This document shows positions 10,740-20,416 of a DNA stretch of 64,000 nt, piece after piece (positions within the stretch are counted from its first letter, which is position 1; every line of letters begins with the position of its first letter). The notes beneath the pieces are model-generated. The model worked only from the letters and a program-made list of their open reading frames with translations, was not told the origin of the DNA and ran no database searches. The DNA lies in NCBI GenBank assembly GCA_031372565.1, contig JANMLN010000057.1, positions 1-64,000 of the forward strand, read 5' to 3'. The DNA comes from Gemmatimonadota bacterium. Its GTDB lineage: Bacteria; Gemmatimonadota; Gemmatimonadetes; Gemmatimonadales; Gemmatimonadaceae. Made by a program: the position numbers and the translations under genes.

Positions 10740-11987
10740 ATGCGCCTCACGCTCGACCAGCTCCGCGAGAACGTGGCGATGGCCGTCGACGCGCTGCGCG
10801 TCTCGCGCCTGCGCTCCGGCCTCACGATTCTCGGCGTCGTGATTGGCGTCGCCACCGTGATGACCATGGCCACGATCGTGCAGGGGATCCAGGAGCAGAT
10901 CGTGCACACGATCGAGGTGGCAGGTCCGACCACCTTCTATGTGCTCAAGGTCTTCTCCAAGACGCCGGTCAATCCCGAGGCACTGCCCAAGTACATCCGC
11001 GTGCGCCCGGATCTCTCGAGCGCCGAAGCTCGGCGCATTGCCGAACTGCCCGAGATCGGGTTCGCGGCGCTGTGGGCGCAGGCCTTCGGCCGCCTCGAGT
11101 ACAATGGGCTCCGCACGCGCGGCGTGGCCATCTTCGGCGCCGATGATCGCTACCAGGAGATCCAGGGCGGCGAACTGCTCGCCGGTCGCTGGTTCACGAA
11201 GGCCGAGCTGCGCAGCGGCGCGAACGTCGTCGTCGTGAGCGACGCGCAGGTCGCGCGCCTCTTCGGACGGATCTCGCCGCTTGGCAAGACGATGCAGGTC
11301 GCGGGCCGGCCAGCCGTGGTGATCGGACTCTACCAGGAACCGGCCAACATCTTCGCACCACCCGGACAGGCCGTCGGGGCCATCATCCCGTACGAGATGA
11401 TGAACCACCAGCTCACCATCGACAAGACCAACGCGCTCTGGATTCCGGTCAAGCCCAAGCCTGGCGTGAGCGTGGCCGCGGCGCAGGAGGCGGTCACCAC
11501 GACGCTGCGCGAGATGCGCAAGCTGCGCCCCGGCGAGAAGAGCACCTTCGACCTGATCACGCAGGACCAGATCCTCGACACCTTCAACTCGATCACGAGC
11601 GTGTTCTTCCTCGTCATGATCGTGCTGGCCTCGGTGGCGCTGATGGTCGGCGGTATCGGCGTCATGGCCATCATGATGGTGTCGGTGACCGCGCGCACGC
11701 GCGAGATCGGCGTGCGCAAGGCGCTCGGTGCCACGCGCACCGACATCCTGCTGCAATTCCTCATCGAGGCCTCCACCCTCACCGGCATCGGCGGCGTGCT
11801 CGGCATCGTCGTGGGCCTGCTGGCGGGACGCGGCGTCACATGGGCCATGTCCATCAAGGGCGAAGCCCCCTTGGGCCTCACCCTGCTGGCACTGGCGGTC
11901 TCGATCGGCATCGGCATCATCTTTGGCGTCGTGCCGGCCCGCCGCGCCAGCCGACTCGACCCGATCGAGGCGCTCCGCTACGAGTAG
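10740..11987 (+). CDS. MacB/FtsX-type ABC permease, type B4
   Basis: ATG at 10740, 1 nt after the previous stop; RLRSGLTILG; ARTREIG; ends LDPIEALRYE. Confidence 0.92.
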   Translation: MRLTLDQLRENVAMAVDALRVSRLRSGLTILGVVIGVATVMTMATIVQGIQEQIVHTIEVAGPTTFYVLKVFSKTPVNPEALPKYIRVRPDLSSAEARRIAELPEIGFAALWAQAFGRLEYNGLRTRGVAIFGADDRYQEIQGGELLAGRWFTKAELRSGANVVVVSDAQVARLFGRISPLGKTMQVAGRPAVVIGLYQEPANIFAPPGQAVGAIIPYEMMNHQLTIDKTNALWIPVKPKPGVSVAAAQEAVTTTLREMRKLRPGEKSTFDLITQDQILDTFNSITSVFFLVMIVLASVALMVGGIGVMAIMMVSVTARTREIGVRKALGATRTDILLQFLIEASTLTGIGGVLGIVVGLLAGRGVTWAMSIKGEAPLGLTLLALAVSIGIGIIFGVVPARRASRLDPIEALRYE

Positions 11988-11992
11988 CATCC

Positions 11993-12036
11993 TGTTCGCC
12001 TCGTGTTCGCCTCGTGTTCACATCGACTTCGCCTCG
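11993..12036 (+). repeat. 11-bp tandem direct repeat TGTTCGCCTCG (about 2.5 copies plus a partial copy)
   Basis: TGTTCGCCTCG-TGTTCGCCTCG-TGTTC...TTCGCCTCG in the intergenic gap. Confidence 0.6.
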
Positions 12037-12068
12037 TTCCCCGCCCTCGGCTCCCCTACCTTTCCGTC

Positions 12069-13034
12069 ATGCGCCCGCTTCGATCCATCCTCCTGACCGT
12101 CGGTCTCCTCGGCGGCTGCGTCACGCGCCAGTCGGTGACCAACAGCGTCACCCAGCTGCCGGCCGGTACCGAGGCCGTGTCACTGTTCAACGAGCCCTTC
12201 AGCGCTCCGGTCCTCCCCGCCGCGACCAAGGCTCCCCTCGAAGCCAACCTCGCCGCGGCCGTCGCGGTCGCGCGCGCCAACCCCGACAGCGTGCTCGCGC
12301 AGATCTGGGTGGGACGGCGGCTCGGCTACCTCGGTCGCTTCCAGGAAGCGATCGCCACGTTCTCCGAGGCGCTGGAGAAGTTCCCGGATGAGCCACGCCT
12401 GCTCCGCTTTCGCGGGCACCGCTACATCAGCGTGCGCAACTTCGACGGCGCGGTGAAGGACCTCGAGCGTGCCCGCTCACTGGTGCGTGGGCAGCTCGAT
12501 GCCGTCGAACCCGATGGCGCACCGAATCCGCGCGGCATCCCCACGAGCACGCTGCACTCCAACATCCGGTATCACCTCTTCCTCGCGTACTACCTGCTCG
12601 GCGACTTCCGCCGCGCCGCCCTCATCCAGCGCGAGGACCTCGACGCGGCCCCGAACGTGGATACGCGCGTCGCCACCGGCTACTGGTACGTGATGACGCT
12701 GCGCCGACTCGGACGCGAGGCGGAGGCGCAGCGCATGCTCGACGGCATCACCGGCGACATGCCCGTGATCGAGAACCAGTCGTATCACCGCCTGCTGCTG
12801 CTGTACAAGGGCGCACTGCCGGTCGATTCACTGGTGCCGCGGGCGCCGGACCCGGCCAATGCGCTCGACGAGGCGACGTACAACAATGGCATCGGTGCGT
12901 GGCACCTGCTCGGCGGACGACGCGACGCGGCCATCGCCGCCTGGCGCCGCGCGCGGAGCGCCGGTCCGTGGGCTGCGTTCGGCACGATTGCCGCAGAAGC
13001 GGAACTCAAGCGCCTCGGCGTGGACGTGCGCTGA
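12069..13034 (+). CDS. TPR-repeat lipoprotein
   Basis: Lipobox LLGGC after MRPLRSILLTVG; TPR-like helices (LGYLGRFQEAIATFSEALEKFP; RNFDGAVKDLERA). Confidence 0.8.
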   Translation: MRPLRSILLTVGLLGGCVTRQSVTNSVTQLPAGTEAVSLFNEPFSAPVLPAATKAPLEANLAAAVAVARANPDSVLAQIWVGRRLGYLGRFQEAIATFSEALEKFPDEPRLLRFRGHRYISVRNFDGAVKDLERARSLVRGQLDAVEPDGAPNPRGIPTSTLHSNIRYHLFLAYYLLGDFRRAALIQREDLDAAPNVDTRVATGYWYVMTLRRLGREAEAQRMLDGITGDMPVIENQSYHRLLLLYKGALPVDSLVPRAPDPANALDEATYNNGIGAWHLLGGRRDAAIAAWRRARSAGPWAAFGTIAAEAELKRLGVDVR

Positions 13035-14125
13035 TGTCCGGCGGCTTCCTCGACTCGCCGCGCAACGTCACCGGCGCGATCATCCTCGCGCTCGGGATCG
13101 CGATTGCCATTGCGCTCTCGCCGTTCGCGGTCGGGCTGCTCGGCGCGCTCGTGCTCGCGGTGCTGGTCGGTCCGCTGCATCGGCGACTTACGACGCTCCT
13201 CGGCTCGTCACGCGCCTCGACGCTCGTCGTGATTCTCGTGACGCTGCTCGTCCTCGTCCCGGGCGGCATCGTGCTCGGGCTCGTGATCGGCGAAGGGCCG
13301 GCCGCCATGCGTGCCGTCCAGGACAACGCCCTGATCGCGTGGCTGCGTGAAAAGCGGGTCGCCGGCGTCGACGTCGGCGCGCAGCTCGCCAAAGCCAGCG
13401 GAACAATCCTCGAATGGATCAGCGCACAGGCGCTGGGCGTCGCAGGGTCCGCAGCCCGTGGCGCCGTGAACCTGCTCATCGCGCTCTTCGCACTGTACTT
13501 CCTGCTCCAGTCGGGCGGAGGCCTGTGGCAGCGCAGCAAGCGATACCTCCCCTTCTCGGACGCGAACGCCGATGCGTTGGCCGCACAGTTCGTGAGCGTC
13601 ACGCAGGCGACCTTCGTCGGGCTCGCCGCGGCGGCCACGCTGCAGGGCACGCTCGTCGGGATCGGCTTCCTGATCGTCGGCCTGCCCGGCGCGGCCTTCT
13701 GGGGCCTGATCACGGCCGTCGCGTCGGTGATTCCGGTCTTTGGCGCCGCCCTGGTCTGGGTGCCCGGATGCCTCGTGCTGATCGTCGAGAAGCAGTACGG
13801 CAACGCCGCCCTCCTCGCGGGGATCGGCGCTTTGGTCGTGTCCAACATCGACAACGTGGTGCGTCCGTACATCTACCGGCGCGTTTCGGATATCCACCCA
13901 CTCGTCACGTTGGTGGGCGCATTCGCCGGACTCCGCTATTTCGGCCTGCTCGGGGTGCTCTTGGGCCCCTTGGCCATCACGTACTTCTTCCAGCTCCTGC
14001 ACATCTACGACGAAGAGTACGGCGTGACGGTATCGGCGCGCGAGTTCGCCCGGGCGCGCAACACCGGTCAGCGCCCCGTGGTCACCGACACCGCTGGCAC
14101 CACCGGCTCGGGCACCGCCCGCTGA
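13034..14125 (+). CDS. AI-2E (PerM/YhhT) family transporter
   Basis: TGATG overlap; many TM helices; SVIPVFGAALVWVP, SNIDNVVRP, HPLVTLVGAFAG...FGLLGVLLGP. Confidence 0.9.
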   Translation: MSGGFLDSPRNVTGAIILALGIAIAIALSPFAVGLLGALVLAVLVGPLHRRLTTLLGSSRASTLVVILVTLLVLVPGGIVLGLVIGEGPAAMRAVQDNALIAWLREKRVAGVDVGAQLAKASGTILEWISAQALGVAGSAARGAVNLLIALFALYFLLQSGGGLWQRSKRYLPFSDANADALAAQFVSVTQATFVGLAAAATLQGTLVGIGFLIVGLPGAAFWGLITAVASVIPVFGAALVWVPGCLVLIVEKQYGNAALLAGIGALVVSNIDNVVRPYIYRRVSDIHPLVTLVGAFAGLRYFGLLGVLLGPLAITYFFQLLHIYDEEYGVTVSAREFARARNTGQRPVVTDTAGTTGSGTAR

Positions 14126-14808
14126 CGATCGAGCCACGCCGAGAGCGCGTGGCCCAGTCGGAGTGCGAGCACGTCCAGCACACAGTAGCCGCCCGCGATG
14201 CCGGTGGGCGGGTTGCCCATGGTCAGAAACGGGAGCGCTGTCGCCGGCGCCCACGCCCAGTTGCCGAGTCCGGTACCGAGGAGCTCGAGCCACGTCGTGA
14301 GGATCCAACACCCGACGGCGATCATCGGCGCTCCGCCGCGCAGCGCGAACGCCGCCCAGGCGATGTACAGCACGAAGCCGAACCGGTCACTCCGCGCGGC
14401 TGCCGTGATGCCCCAGGCGGCCCACGCGCCGCCCGCGATCACGGTCGCCACGAGGAGCCGATGGCCCCACGGTCCCGTCAGCGTCGACCGTGCGAGGTTC
14501 AGCGCGGCAAGGTAGACGAGACCGTGCCCCGGCGGCACGAAGCTCGGGACGCCCGCGAAGCGATACTCGTACAGCCCGAGCCCCGGCGAGAGCGCGTACT
14601 CCCCGAGCGTCGCGATCACGAGGGCGATCATCACCTGCACGCGCACCGCGCGCGTCTCGCGCGCGAGCGCCAGCGCCAGCAGCGTCCACGTTGCAACACC
14701 GACCAGACGCTGCCCATCGAGCGACGCCGCCCGATCGAGCCAGAGCCCGAGTCCGATCCACAGGGCGACACCGAGCGCGAGCCACGGATCCCCTCGACGC
14801 GGGGTCAC
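14068..14808 (-). CDS. Multi-pass membrane protein of unknown function
   Basis: GTG start overlapping the upstream stop; 6-7 hydrophobic segments; motifs GEY...LYEYR..GVP..VPPGHG and LELLGT..GNW.W. Confidence 0.7.
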   Translation of the reverse strand: MTPRRGDPWLALGVALWIGLGLWLDRAASLDGQRLVGVATWTLLALALARETRAVRVQVMIALVIATLGEYALSPGLGLYEYRFAGVPSFVPPGHGLVYLAALNLARSTLTGPWGHRLLVATVIAGGAWAAWGITAAARSDRFGFVLYIAWAAFALRGGAPMIAVGCWILTTWLELLGTGLGNWAWAPATALPFLTMGNPPTGIAGGYCVLDVLALRLGHALSAWLDRQRAVPEPVVPAVSVTTGR

Positions 14809-15092
14809 GCGACCACCGATGCCCGTGCCGCGCGCACCACGGCGCCGAGCGCGCCGATGAGCGGCATCCCGTGCTCGGGCTCCCACGCCGCCACGGCGCG
14901 CACAAGTTCCCCGAGGCGGATCATGTCGATGGGGTCGGCAACGCGCAGCGCGTCGAAGTCGCGCGCAACCTGCTCGAAGGCAGCGCGTGCCGCCGCCGTC
15001 CCCTCGAGGTGCCAGCGCATGCGCTTGATGCGCTCCACTTCAGCGGCGGCGGTGGCCAAGGCCACGGCAAGCCGCGCGTCGCGCTCGGGCAT
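14805..15092 (-). CDS. Hypothetical protein (95 aa, helical)
   Basis: ATG 2 nt after the upstream stop; own stop overlaps the next GTG, so it fits the operon geometry. Confidence 0.55.
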   Translation of the reverse strand: MPERDARLAVALATAAAEVERIKRMRWHLEGTAAARAAFEQVARDFDALRVADPIDMIRLGELVRAVAAWEPEHGMPLIGALGAVVRAARASVVA

Positions 15093-15094
15093 GC

Positions 15095-15850
15095 TTACGG
15101 TGCGCGAGCGTCCGGACGCCGTGCGCGGCGCGCCATCTCGGACACCATGTCGACGATGGCCGCCGCACGTTGCGCTTCCGACTGCTGTAGCAATCGCGGA
15201 TTGGTATACGAGTACGTCCGGTACACTGCGCCGTCGAGCACTTCGACGGTGACCATCACGTTCTCGGCGACGCGTCGCTGATCGGCGGCGCTCACCACCG
15301 ACTCGGCCCGCGGCAGCGCGTCCTGATCCGGCAGCGTGAAGGCACGCAACGAGTCGAGCTGCGCCAGCACCGTGCGCCACTCGGGCTCCTGCCGCAGGCG
15401 CAGTCGGCAGGCCTCGTTGCCGCCGGCACGCATCAGCGCCGAACAGGTCACCGCCGCTTGCACCGAGTCGCGCGTCCGCGAGTTGAGTTCGCCGGTCGTG
15501 CCCGCCAGCGACCGATCGCCATCACCAGAGGGCAGCGTCCACCAGGCCCACAGTTCGCCGTTTGACCCGCCGCGCGGACCGCCAAAGCTGGCCACACGCA
15601 GCAGCAGGTCCGGCGCGCCCGACGCCATCGCGAACCAGACACGAATCTCCCGCTGTCCCGACGGGAGCCGCAGCTCGCGCAGGAGGCTCATGCGCGCGAG
15701 CGCGGCGATGTCGCCCTGCTCCGCCCGCTCGGCCAGCGACAGGCCGGTCGCACGGCCGCGCATGCCCAGGAGCGTGCACCCGCCGGCCAGCGCCACACAT
15801 GCGGCAGCAAGGGCGACACGAAGCAGCGGTGGGTGCAGAGGCCGTCGCAT
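15095..15850 (-). CDS. Hypothetical lipoprotein
   Basis: MRRPLHPPLLRVALAAACVALAGGC lipobox; REIRVWF and YRTYSY.NP segments. Confidence 0.65.
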   Translation of the reverse strand: MRRPLHPPLLRVALAAACVALAGGCTLLGMRGRATGLSLAERAEQGDIAALARMSLLRELRLPSGQREIRVWFAMASGAPDLLLRVASFGGPRGGSNGELWAWWTLPSGDGDRSLAGTTGELNSRTRDSVQAAVTCSALMRAGGNEACRLRLRQEPEWRTVLAQLDSLRAFTLPDQDALPRAESVVSAADQRRVAENVMVTVEVLDGAVYRTYSYTNPRLLQQSEAQRAAAIVDMVSEMARRARRPDARAP

Positions 15851-15895
15851 GTTCCCTGCAAGATGAACAGGCCGCGCGTGCACCGCCACCGGCGT

Positions 15896-16408
15896 TTAGA
15901 CGTCGTAGCGGTCGCGGAAGAGCGCGTCGTGATGTCGCTCGTGTCCGGCAATGATGTACGGCAGCGCCCGCGCCGTTGCGCTGCCACCACTCATCGTCCC
16001 GCGATTGGCCCAGGCGGCCGCGGGCGCCGTCGCGATCAACGCCGCGGTCGACGCGCGCACCAGCGCGAACTCGTCGACCATCGCGCCGAAGTCGCGCGCG
16101 TGCGCGACGCTCGCCGGCACCCACGCATCGTGGTCGAACCCCGGCAGCGGCGTCTCCGCCCCACGCAGGATCGACAACATGCGGTAGGCAAAGACCCGTT
16201 CCGTGTCGATCATGTGCTGCAGCGACTCGGCCACTGACCACTTGCCGTCGGCGTAGCGATGGCCCGACCGCGTAGCCGCCGCGCGCAGCCGCGCCAGCAG
16301 CGCCGGGTGGCCGCTCGTCATGACATCGACAAAGTCGCCATCGGGGACCAAGGTCACGTACGTCGCGTAAAACTCGGCGTGCTCACCGGCAGCGGGACGC
16401 GTCAGCAT
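15896..16408 (-). CDS. DinB/YfiT family protein
   Basis: YADGKWSVAESLQHMIDTER and IAGHERHH (His triad); GAGG RBS upstream of ATG 16408. Confidence 0.9.
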   Translation of the reverse strand: MLTRPAAGEHAEFYATYVTLVPDGDFVDVMTSGHPALLARLRAAATRSGHRYADGKWSVAESLQHMIDTERVFAYRMLSILRGAETPLPGFDHDAWVPASVAHARDFGAMVDEFALVRASTAALIATAPAAAWANRGTMSGGSATARALPYIIAGHERHHDALFRDRYDV

Positions 16409-16441
16409 ACTCACCTCAAAAGGGGGTGGCGCGTACCGCGC

Positions 16442-17326
16442 TCAGTATCCGCGAAGTTCGAGGAAGAACTGCCAGAACGGGGCATTCCAGCGCGACGACA
16501 GGAAGAGATGCTCCACGACTGCGAGCGACATCAGCGTGGCGACCAGCGACCAGCCGCGCCGAAGATGCGGTCGCTGTTCGCGCACCGTCATGACCATCAT
16601 CGCGATCGTGGCGATCGTGAGCACCGTCAGGGAGAACGGCAGGAAGAGCGAGTTCTCGAGCGGTCCGAAGAAGCGGGCGAGGTGCGCCAATTGCGGCGGC
16701 AGAAACTGCGTCCCCGGATTCTTCACCCCCCAGAAGATGTTCAGCTTCGAACTCTGCAGGGTGATCCAGAACGCGACGTACGTCCAGAACCCGATCCGGT
16801 TGATGCCGCCACGCGTCAGGAACCAGGCCGCGCCCATGGCGGCCAGCGACGCCACCTCGGAGTTCCATGTCGACCAGAGGGCCTGCACGGCCAGCGCCAT
16901 CGATCCTGACGGACCCTCGAGCGACGCCGTGGCCGCCTCGGCAGGACCGGCAATCCACCCCGTGTAGAGCGTCGCGGTCACCCAGCCCCAGAGCAGCGCG
17001 CCGCCGAAGAACGAGGCCGTCGCCGCACGGTCCGTGGCCACGTTGCGGCGGCTCGCCACGAGCCACGCTCCCCAGCCCGCCAGCGCGGTGCAGACCAGCA
17101 CGCCGGCCGAGCGCGAGACGGCCGTGGCCTGCATCGCCAGGATGACCCCGGTCGTGAGCCACCAAAAGCCCACGACGGAGAGGCCCGACGTGGCCATCAG
17201 CCGCACGAACGGAATGGGCGGCGCGCTGGGCTCCGACACCGGCACGTCGGCTGCGGCGAGCGCCCCGATGACCGGAGACGACACCGCCACGGCACCGCCG
17301 CGCGTCCGCACGAGGGGCTCGGTCAT
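16442..17326 (-). CDS. puhE: Photosynthetic complex assembly protein PuhE (DUF3623)
   Basis: FWWLTTGVIL, AFFGGALLWGW-like segment, SSKLNIFWGV.N, FLPPQLAHL, LAVVEH; coupled to bchD. Confidence 0.85.
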   Translation of the reverse strand: MTEPLVRTRGGAVAVSSPVIGALAAADVPVSEPSAPPIPFVRLMATSGLSVVGFWWLTTGVILAMQATAVSRSAGVLVCTALAGWGAWLVASRRNVATDRAATASFFGGALLWGWVTATLYTGWIAGPAEAATASLEGPSGSMALAVQALWSTWNSEVASLAAMGAAWFLTRGGINRIGFWTYVAFWITLQSSKLNIFWGVKNPGTQFLPPQLAHLARFFGPLENSLFLPFSLTVLTIATIAMMVMTVREQRPHLRRGWSLVATLMSLAVVEHLFLSSRWNAPFWQFFLELRGY

Positions 17327-19125
17327 GTGCTCACGCCGCGCATCCCCTGCACCGCGCCGCTGACTGTTTGCGCATCCGCATTTGGCAGGGGAAGATAGCG
17401 CGCACCCATCGCCACCGCGATCTCGCGCGCGAACGGCTCCCCGCGCGGCGACGTGTCCACGAACAGGGCGCTGGTCCCGGAGGCGCGCACGGCCGCGGCG
17501 GCGACGAGCGCATCCGCGGCGGCCTTGGGGCGCCCCGGCGTGCCGTCCCGCGCAATGTTGGCGCGCGCATCGGTGAGCAGCACGATCATCGGCGTGTTCC
17601 CCCCGCGGCGCGCCAGTGCCGCTGCCTCGCGCGCCGCATCGAGCGCGTGCGCGAGCGGCGTGCCGCCGCCGCCGGGCAGTCCCTGCAGCGCCCGCTTGGC
17701 CCGCGCCAGCGCCCGTGTGGGCGCCAGGAGCAGCTCGGCGGTGGTTCCGCGAAACGCGATCAACGCGACTTCATCGCGCCGAGCGTAGCTCTCGGCGAGG
17801 ATCAGTTCGATGGCGCCCTTGGCCTCCGCGAGTCGGTTGAGCGCGAGCGATCCCGATGCGTCCACGGCAAAGATCACCGTGGTGCCGGTCTTCTCGATGA
17901 ACCGGCGAATCCGGAAATCCTCGCGCCGAATCTTCACGCGTCCGTTGGCCTGCCCGGCGGTGCCACCACGCATCCGCTGCCATGGTGCGGCCGCGCGCAG
18001 CGTCTCGAGCACGTGCAATCGCTTGCCGCCGCGCGGCTCACCATGGCGCGACCCCACCTGACGACCGCGCAACGCACTCGCCTGCGACTGTCCCGCCTGT
18101 CCGGCGGCCGCACGTACGCGACCCGCGCGCGCCAGCAGCGCAGCGAGCAGATCCGCGGGGAGCACCGCCTTCATCGACTCCACCACGACATCCTCGAGCG
18201 GCTTCTCCTCTTGCTGCGCCTGGTCCTGCTCGCCCGCGTCGTTCTCCTGCTCCGGCGGAGGCGGTGGTTGCTCCTGCGGCTCCTCCGGCGGCGGTTCGCT
18301 CGACGGAATGCGCGTGGCACGGGGCGCGAGCACCAGCTTGGCAGCGACCGACACGTCATCGTCACTCACCGCGTCCCGGCCGTCGAGCGCCGCGAGCACG
18401 CGCGCGGTGCGCACGGCCAGCACCGGCGCGCGCAACGTCGGGACGCCAAACGCGAGCGCCGCCCCGACGAGGACCTCGATCTGCTCGTGCGTGGCGGTGA
18501 CCGTCGCAAAGCGTGCGCGCGCGAGCGCCACATCGGCTGCGTCTGGCAACAGGGCGTCGGCCGCGCGCCACCGCGCCGGAATCACGACGCCGAACGCGAG
18601 GCGGTCCGAGAGCGCGGCGCTCACCGGCGCTTCGTCCTCCATCGACTCATCCACGGCAATGACGCCGATCCGCGCGTCGAATGTGGCGCCCACACCATCG
18701 CGCGCGACCTGGATCTCCGACGTGTCGAGCGCCTGCGCGAGCCGCGAGACGAGCGCCGCGCTGGCCCGTTCCGCCATGGGAATGACGACGATGCCACCAT
18801 CCGCGTCGGCGAGCACGCCGCGCTCTGCCACGACCGTCCCGCGCGCGAGCGTTGCCGTGAGGTCGAGCCCGCCGAGCAGGCGATCATCGGTGACCCCCGC
18901 AGGCACGCGGCGGACCGGCGTGTCGGTACCCAGCAACTGTTGCAACTGCTGCAGCCACTCCGCGAGCGCGTCATGCGCCCCCGCGCGCACATGGGCGCCG
19001 CCCAGCGCATGCGGTGCCACCGCCAGACAGGCGAGGGCGGTGGCAGCCAACACCGCGGGCCCCGCCGTCACGTCGGAGCGATCGGCCGCATCCAGTGCGT
19101 CCGCGGACACGGGGGACTCGATCAC
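17323..19125 (-). CDS. bchD: Magnesium chelatase subunit D
   Basis: RLLGGLDL..TL, Pro/acidic linker (EPPPEEPQEQPPPPPEQ), C-terminal vWA domain with DASGS, GGGTPLA, LLTDARAN. Confidence 0.95.
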   Translation of the reverse strand: MIESPVSADALDAADRSDVTAGPAVLAATALACLAVAPHALGGAHVRAGAHDALAEWLQQLQQLLGTDTPVRRVPAGVTDDRLLGGLDLTATLARGTVVAERGVLADADGGIVVIPMAERASAALVSRLAQALDTSEIQVARDGVGATFDARIGVIAVDESMEDEAPVSAALSDRLAFGVVIPARWRAADALLPDAADVALARARFATVTATHEQIEVLVGAALAFGVPTLRAPVLAVRTARVLAALDGRDAVSDDDVSVAAKLVLAPRATRIPSSEPPPEEPQEQPPPPPEQENDAGEQDQAQQEEKPLEDVVVESMKAVLPADLLAALLARAGRVRAAAGQAGQSQASALRGRQVGSRHGEPRGGKRLHVLETLRAAAPWQRMRGGTAGQANGRVKIRREDFRIRRFIEKTGTTVIFAVDASGSLALNRLAEAKGAIELILAESYARRDEVALIAFRGTTAELLLAPTRALARAKRALQGLPGGGGTPLAHALDAAREAAALARRGGNTPMIVLLTDARANIARDGTPGRPKAAADALVAAAAVRASGTSALFVDTSPRGEPFAREIAVAMGARYLPLPNADAQTVSGAVQGMRGVST

Positions 19126-20153
19126 TCCGGTCCCAGCACCTCGACCACCGCCCGCGCCACGCGCGACGTGGAGCCGGTGTCATCGAGCACGTTGCGACGC
19201 AAGCGGTGCCGGAGCGCCATCGGCGCCACGCGACGCAGATGGACGCGGGTCGCCGCCTTCGCGCCCTCGAGCGCCGCGGCCGCGCGCGCCGCGCGCAGCA
19301 GCGTCAGCTCCCCGCGCAGGCCATCGGTCCCCAGCGCCTTGCAGAGCGTCGCACCGAGCACGAGCAACTCGTCCGCGACCGTCACCTCGCGCACATGCTC
19401 CTTGGCCTTCACCAGATGGCGTCGCACCTTCGCGTCTTCCTTCTCGTACTCGTGCGCAAAGGCGTCGGCATCGCGATCGTACGCGTCACGCCGACGCACC
19501 ACCTCGACGCGGGTCGGGATGTCCTCGGGCGTGCGCACCTCCACCGAGAGGCCGAAGCGATCGAGCAGCTGCGGACGGAGTTCGCCCTCCTCGGGGTTGC
19601 CGCTCCCCACGAGCACGAACCGCGCCGGGTGCCGCACGCTCACCCCTTCGCGCTCGACCACGTTCTCGCCCGTCGTCGCGACGTCGAGCAGGAGGTCGAC
19701 CAGATGGTCCTCGAGCAGGTTCACCTCGTCCACGTACAGGAAGCCACGATTGGCGCGCGCCAGCAACCCTGGCTCAAACGCCTTTTCCCCGCGCGCAAGC
19801 GCGCGCTCGAGATCGAGCGCACCGACGACCCGATCCTCAGTCGCGCCCAGCGGCAGATCCACGACCGGCACCGGCGCGGCCACGGCCTTGAGCACCTCCC
19901 CGGCACGCTCGCGGGCGTGGCACTCGCTGCACTGGCGCCCCACATCGGCCGGGTTGCACCCGTACCGGCATCCCTTGACCACCTTCATCGGCGGCAGCAG
20001 CGACGGGAGGGCGCGGACGACCGTCGACTTGCCCGTGCCACGATCGCCGAACACCATCACCCCACCGACCTCGTGATCGGTCGCGGCGATCAGGAGAGCC
20101 AGCTTCATCTCCTCCTGACCAACAATGGCAGAGAACGGAAAGGGAGTGCGCAC
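19122..20153 (-). CDS. bchI: Magnesium chelatase ATPase subunit I
   Basis: FPFSAIVGQEEMK, GDRGTGKST, LYVDEVNLL, NPEEGELRPQLLDRFG. Confidence 0.97.
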   Translation of the reverse strand: MRTPFPFSAIVGQEEMKLALLIAATDHEVGGVMVFGDRGTGKSTVVRALPSLLPPMKVVKGCRYGCNPADVGRQCSECHARERAGEVLKAVAAPVPVVDLPLGATEDRVVGALDLERALARGEKAFEPGLLARANRGFLYVDEVNLLEDHLVDLLLDVATTGENVVEREGVSVRHPARFVLVGSGNPEEGELRPQLLDRFGLSVEVRTPEDIPTRVEVVRRRDAYDRDADAFAHEYEKEDAKVRRHLVKAKEHVREVTVADELLVLGATLCKALGTDGLRGELTLLRAARAAAALEGAKAATRVHLRRVAPMALRHRLRRNVLDDTGSTSRVARAVVEVLGPE

Positions 20154-20237
20154 GCGTGCGGTGGGGCGGTGGGGGGCGGGGCGGCGGCGAGCGGCGTCGG
20201 GGCGGTACCGACCGCCGACATGCCAAGCGAGAGGGCA

Positions 20238-20266
20238 AGGTTAGGCGCGCGCGAGGGGCATCGCAA
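20238..20266 (-). promoter_or_regulatory. Putative sigma70 promoter of bchI-bchD-puhE
   Basis: Minus strand TTGCGA (20266-20261), N17, TAACCT (20243-20238). Confidence 0.6.
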
Positions 20267-20283
20267 TGACATCGCCCGCCAAC

Positions 20284-20301
20284 TGTATCGAATGCTTGAC
20301 A
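20284..20301. promoter_or_regulatory. PpsR/CrtJ operator (TGT-N12-ACA)
   Basis: TGTATCGAATGCTTGACA is an exact consensus match and overlaps the crtF -35 box. Confidence 0.8.
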
Positions 20302-20324
20302 CTCCCCGGTACGCCTCGTAACGT
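20296..20324 (+). promoter_or_regulatory. sigma70 promoter of crtF
   Basis: TTGACA-N17-TAACGT. Confidence 0.75.
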
Positions 20325-20416
20325 CGCGCTCCACACCGCAGGCGCACTGCGGCGCGTGCGTCCGGTTGACGTACGATGGGGCGCCACCCGCGCCCCTTCC
20401 CTCCGCTTCGATCCGC

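Noticed and set aside
14068..14125. Convergent 3' overlaps (AI-2E/membrane protein; also 58853-58893)
   Set aside because: Short tail-to-tail overlaps of low-complexity C-termini are common in GC-rich genomes.
20161..20203. G-quadruplex-like G-runs upstream of bchI
   Set aside because: Expected by chance at this GC content and explained by Pro/Ala codons on the other strand.
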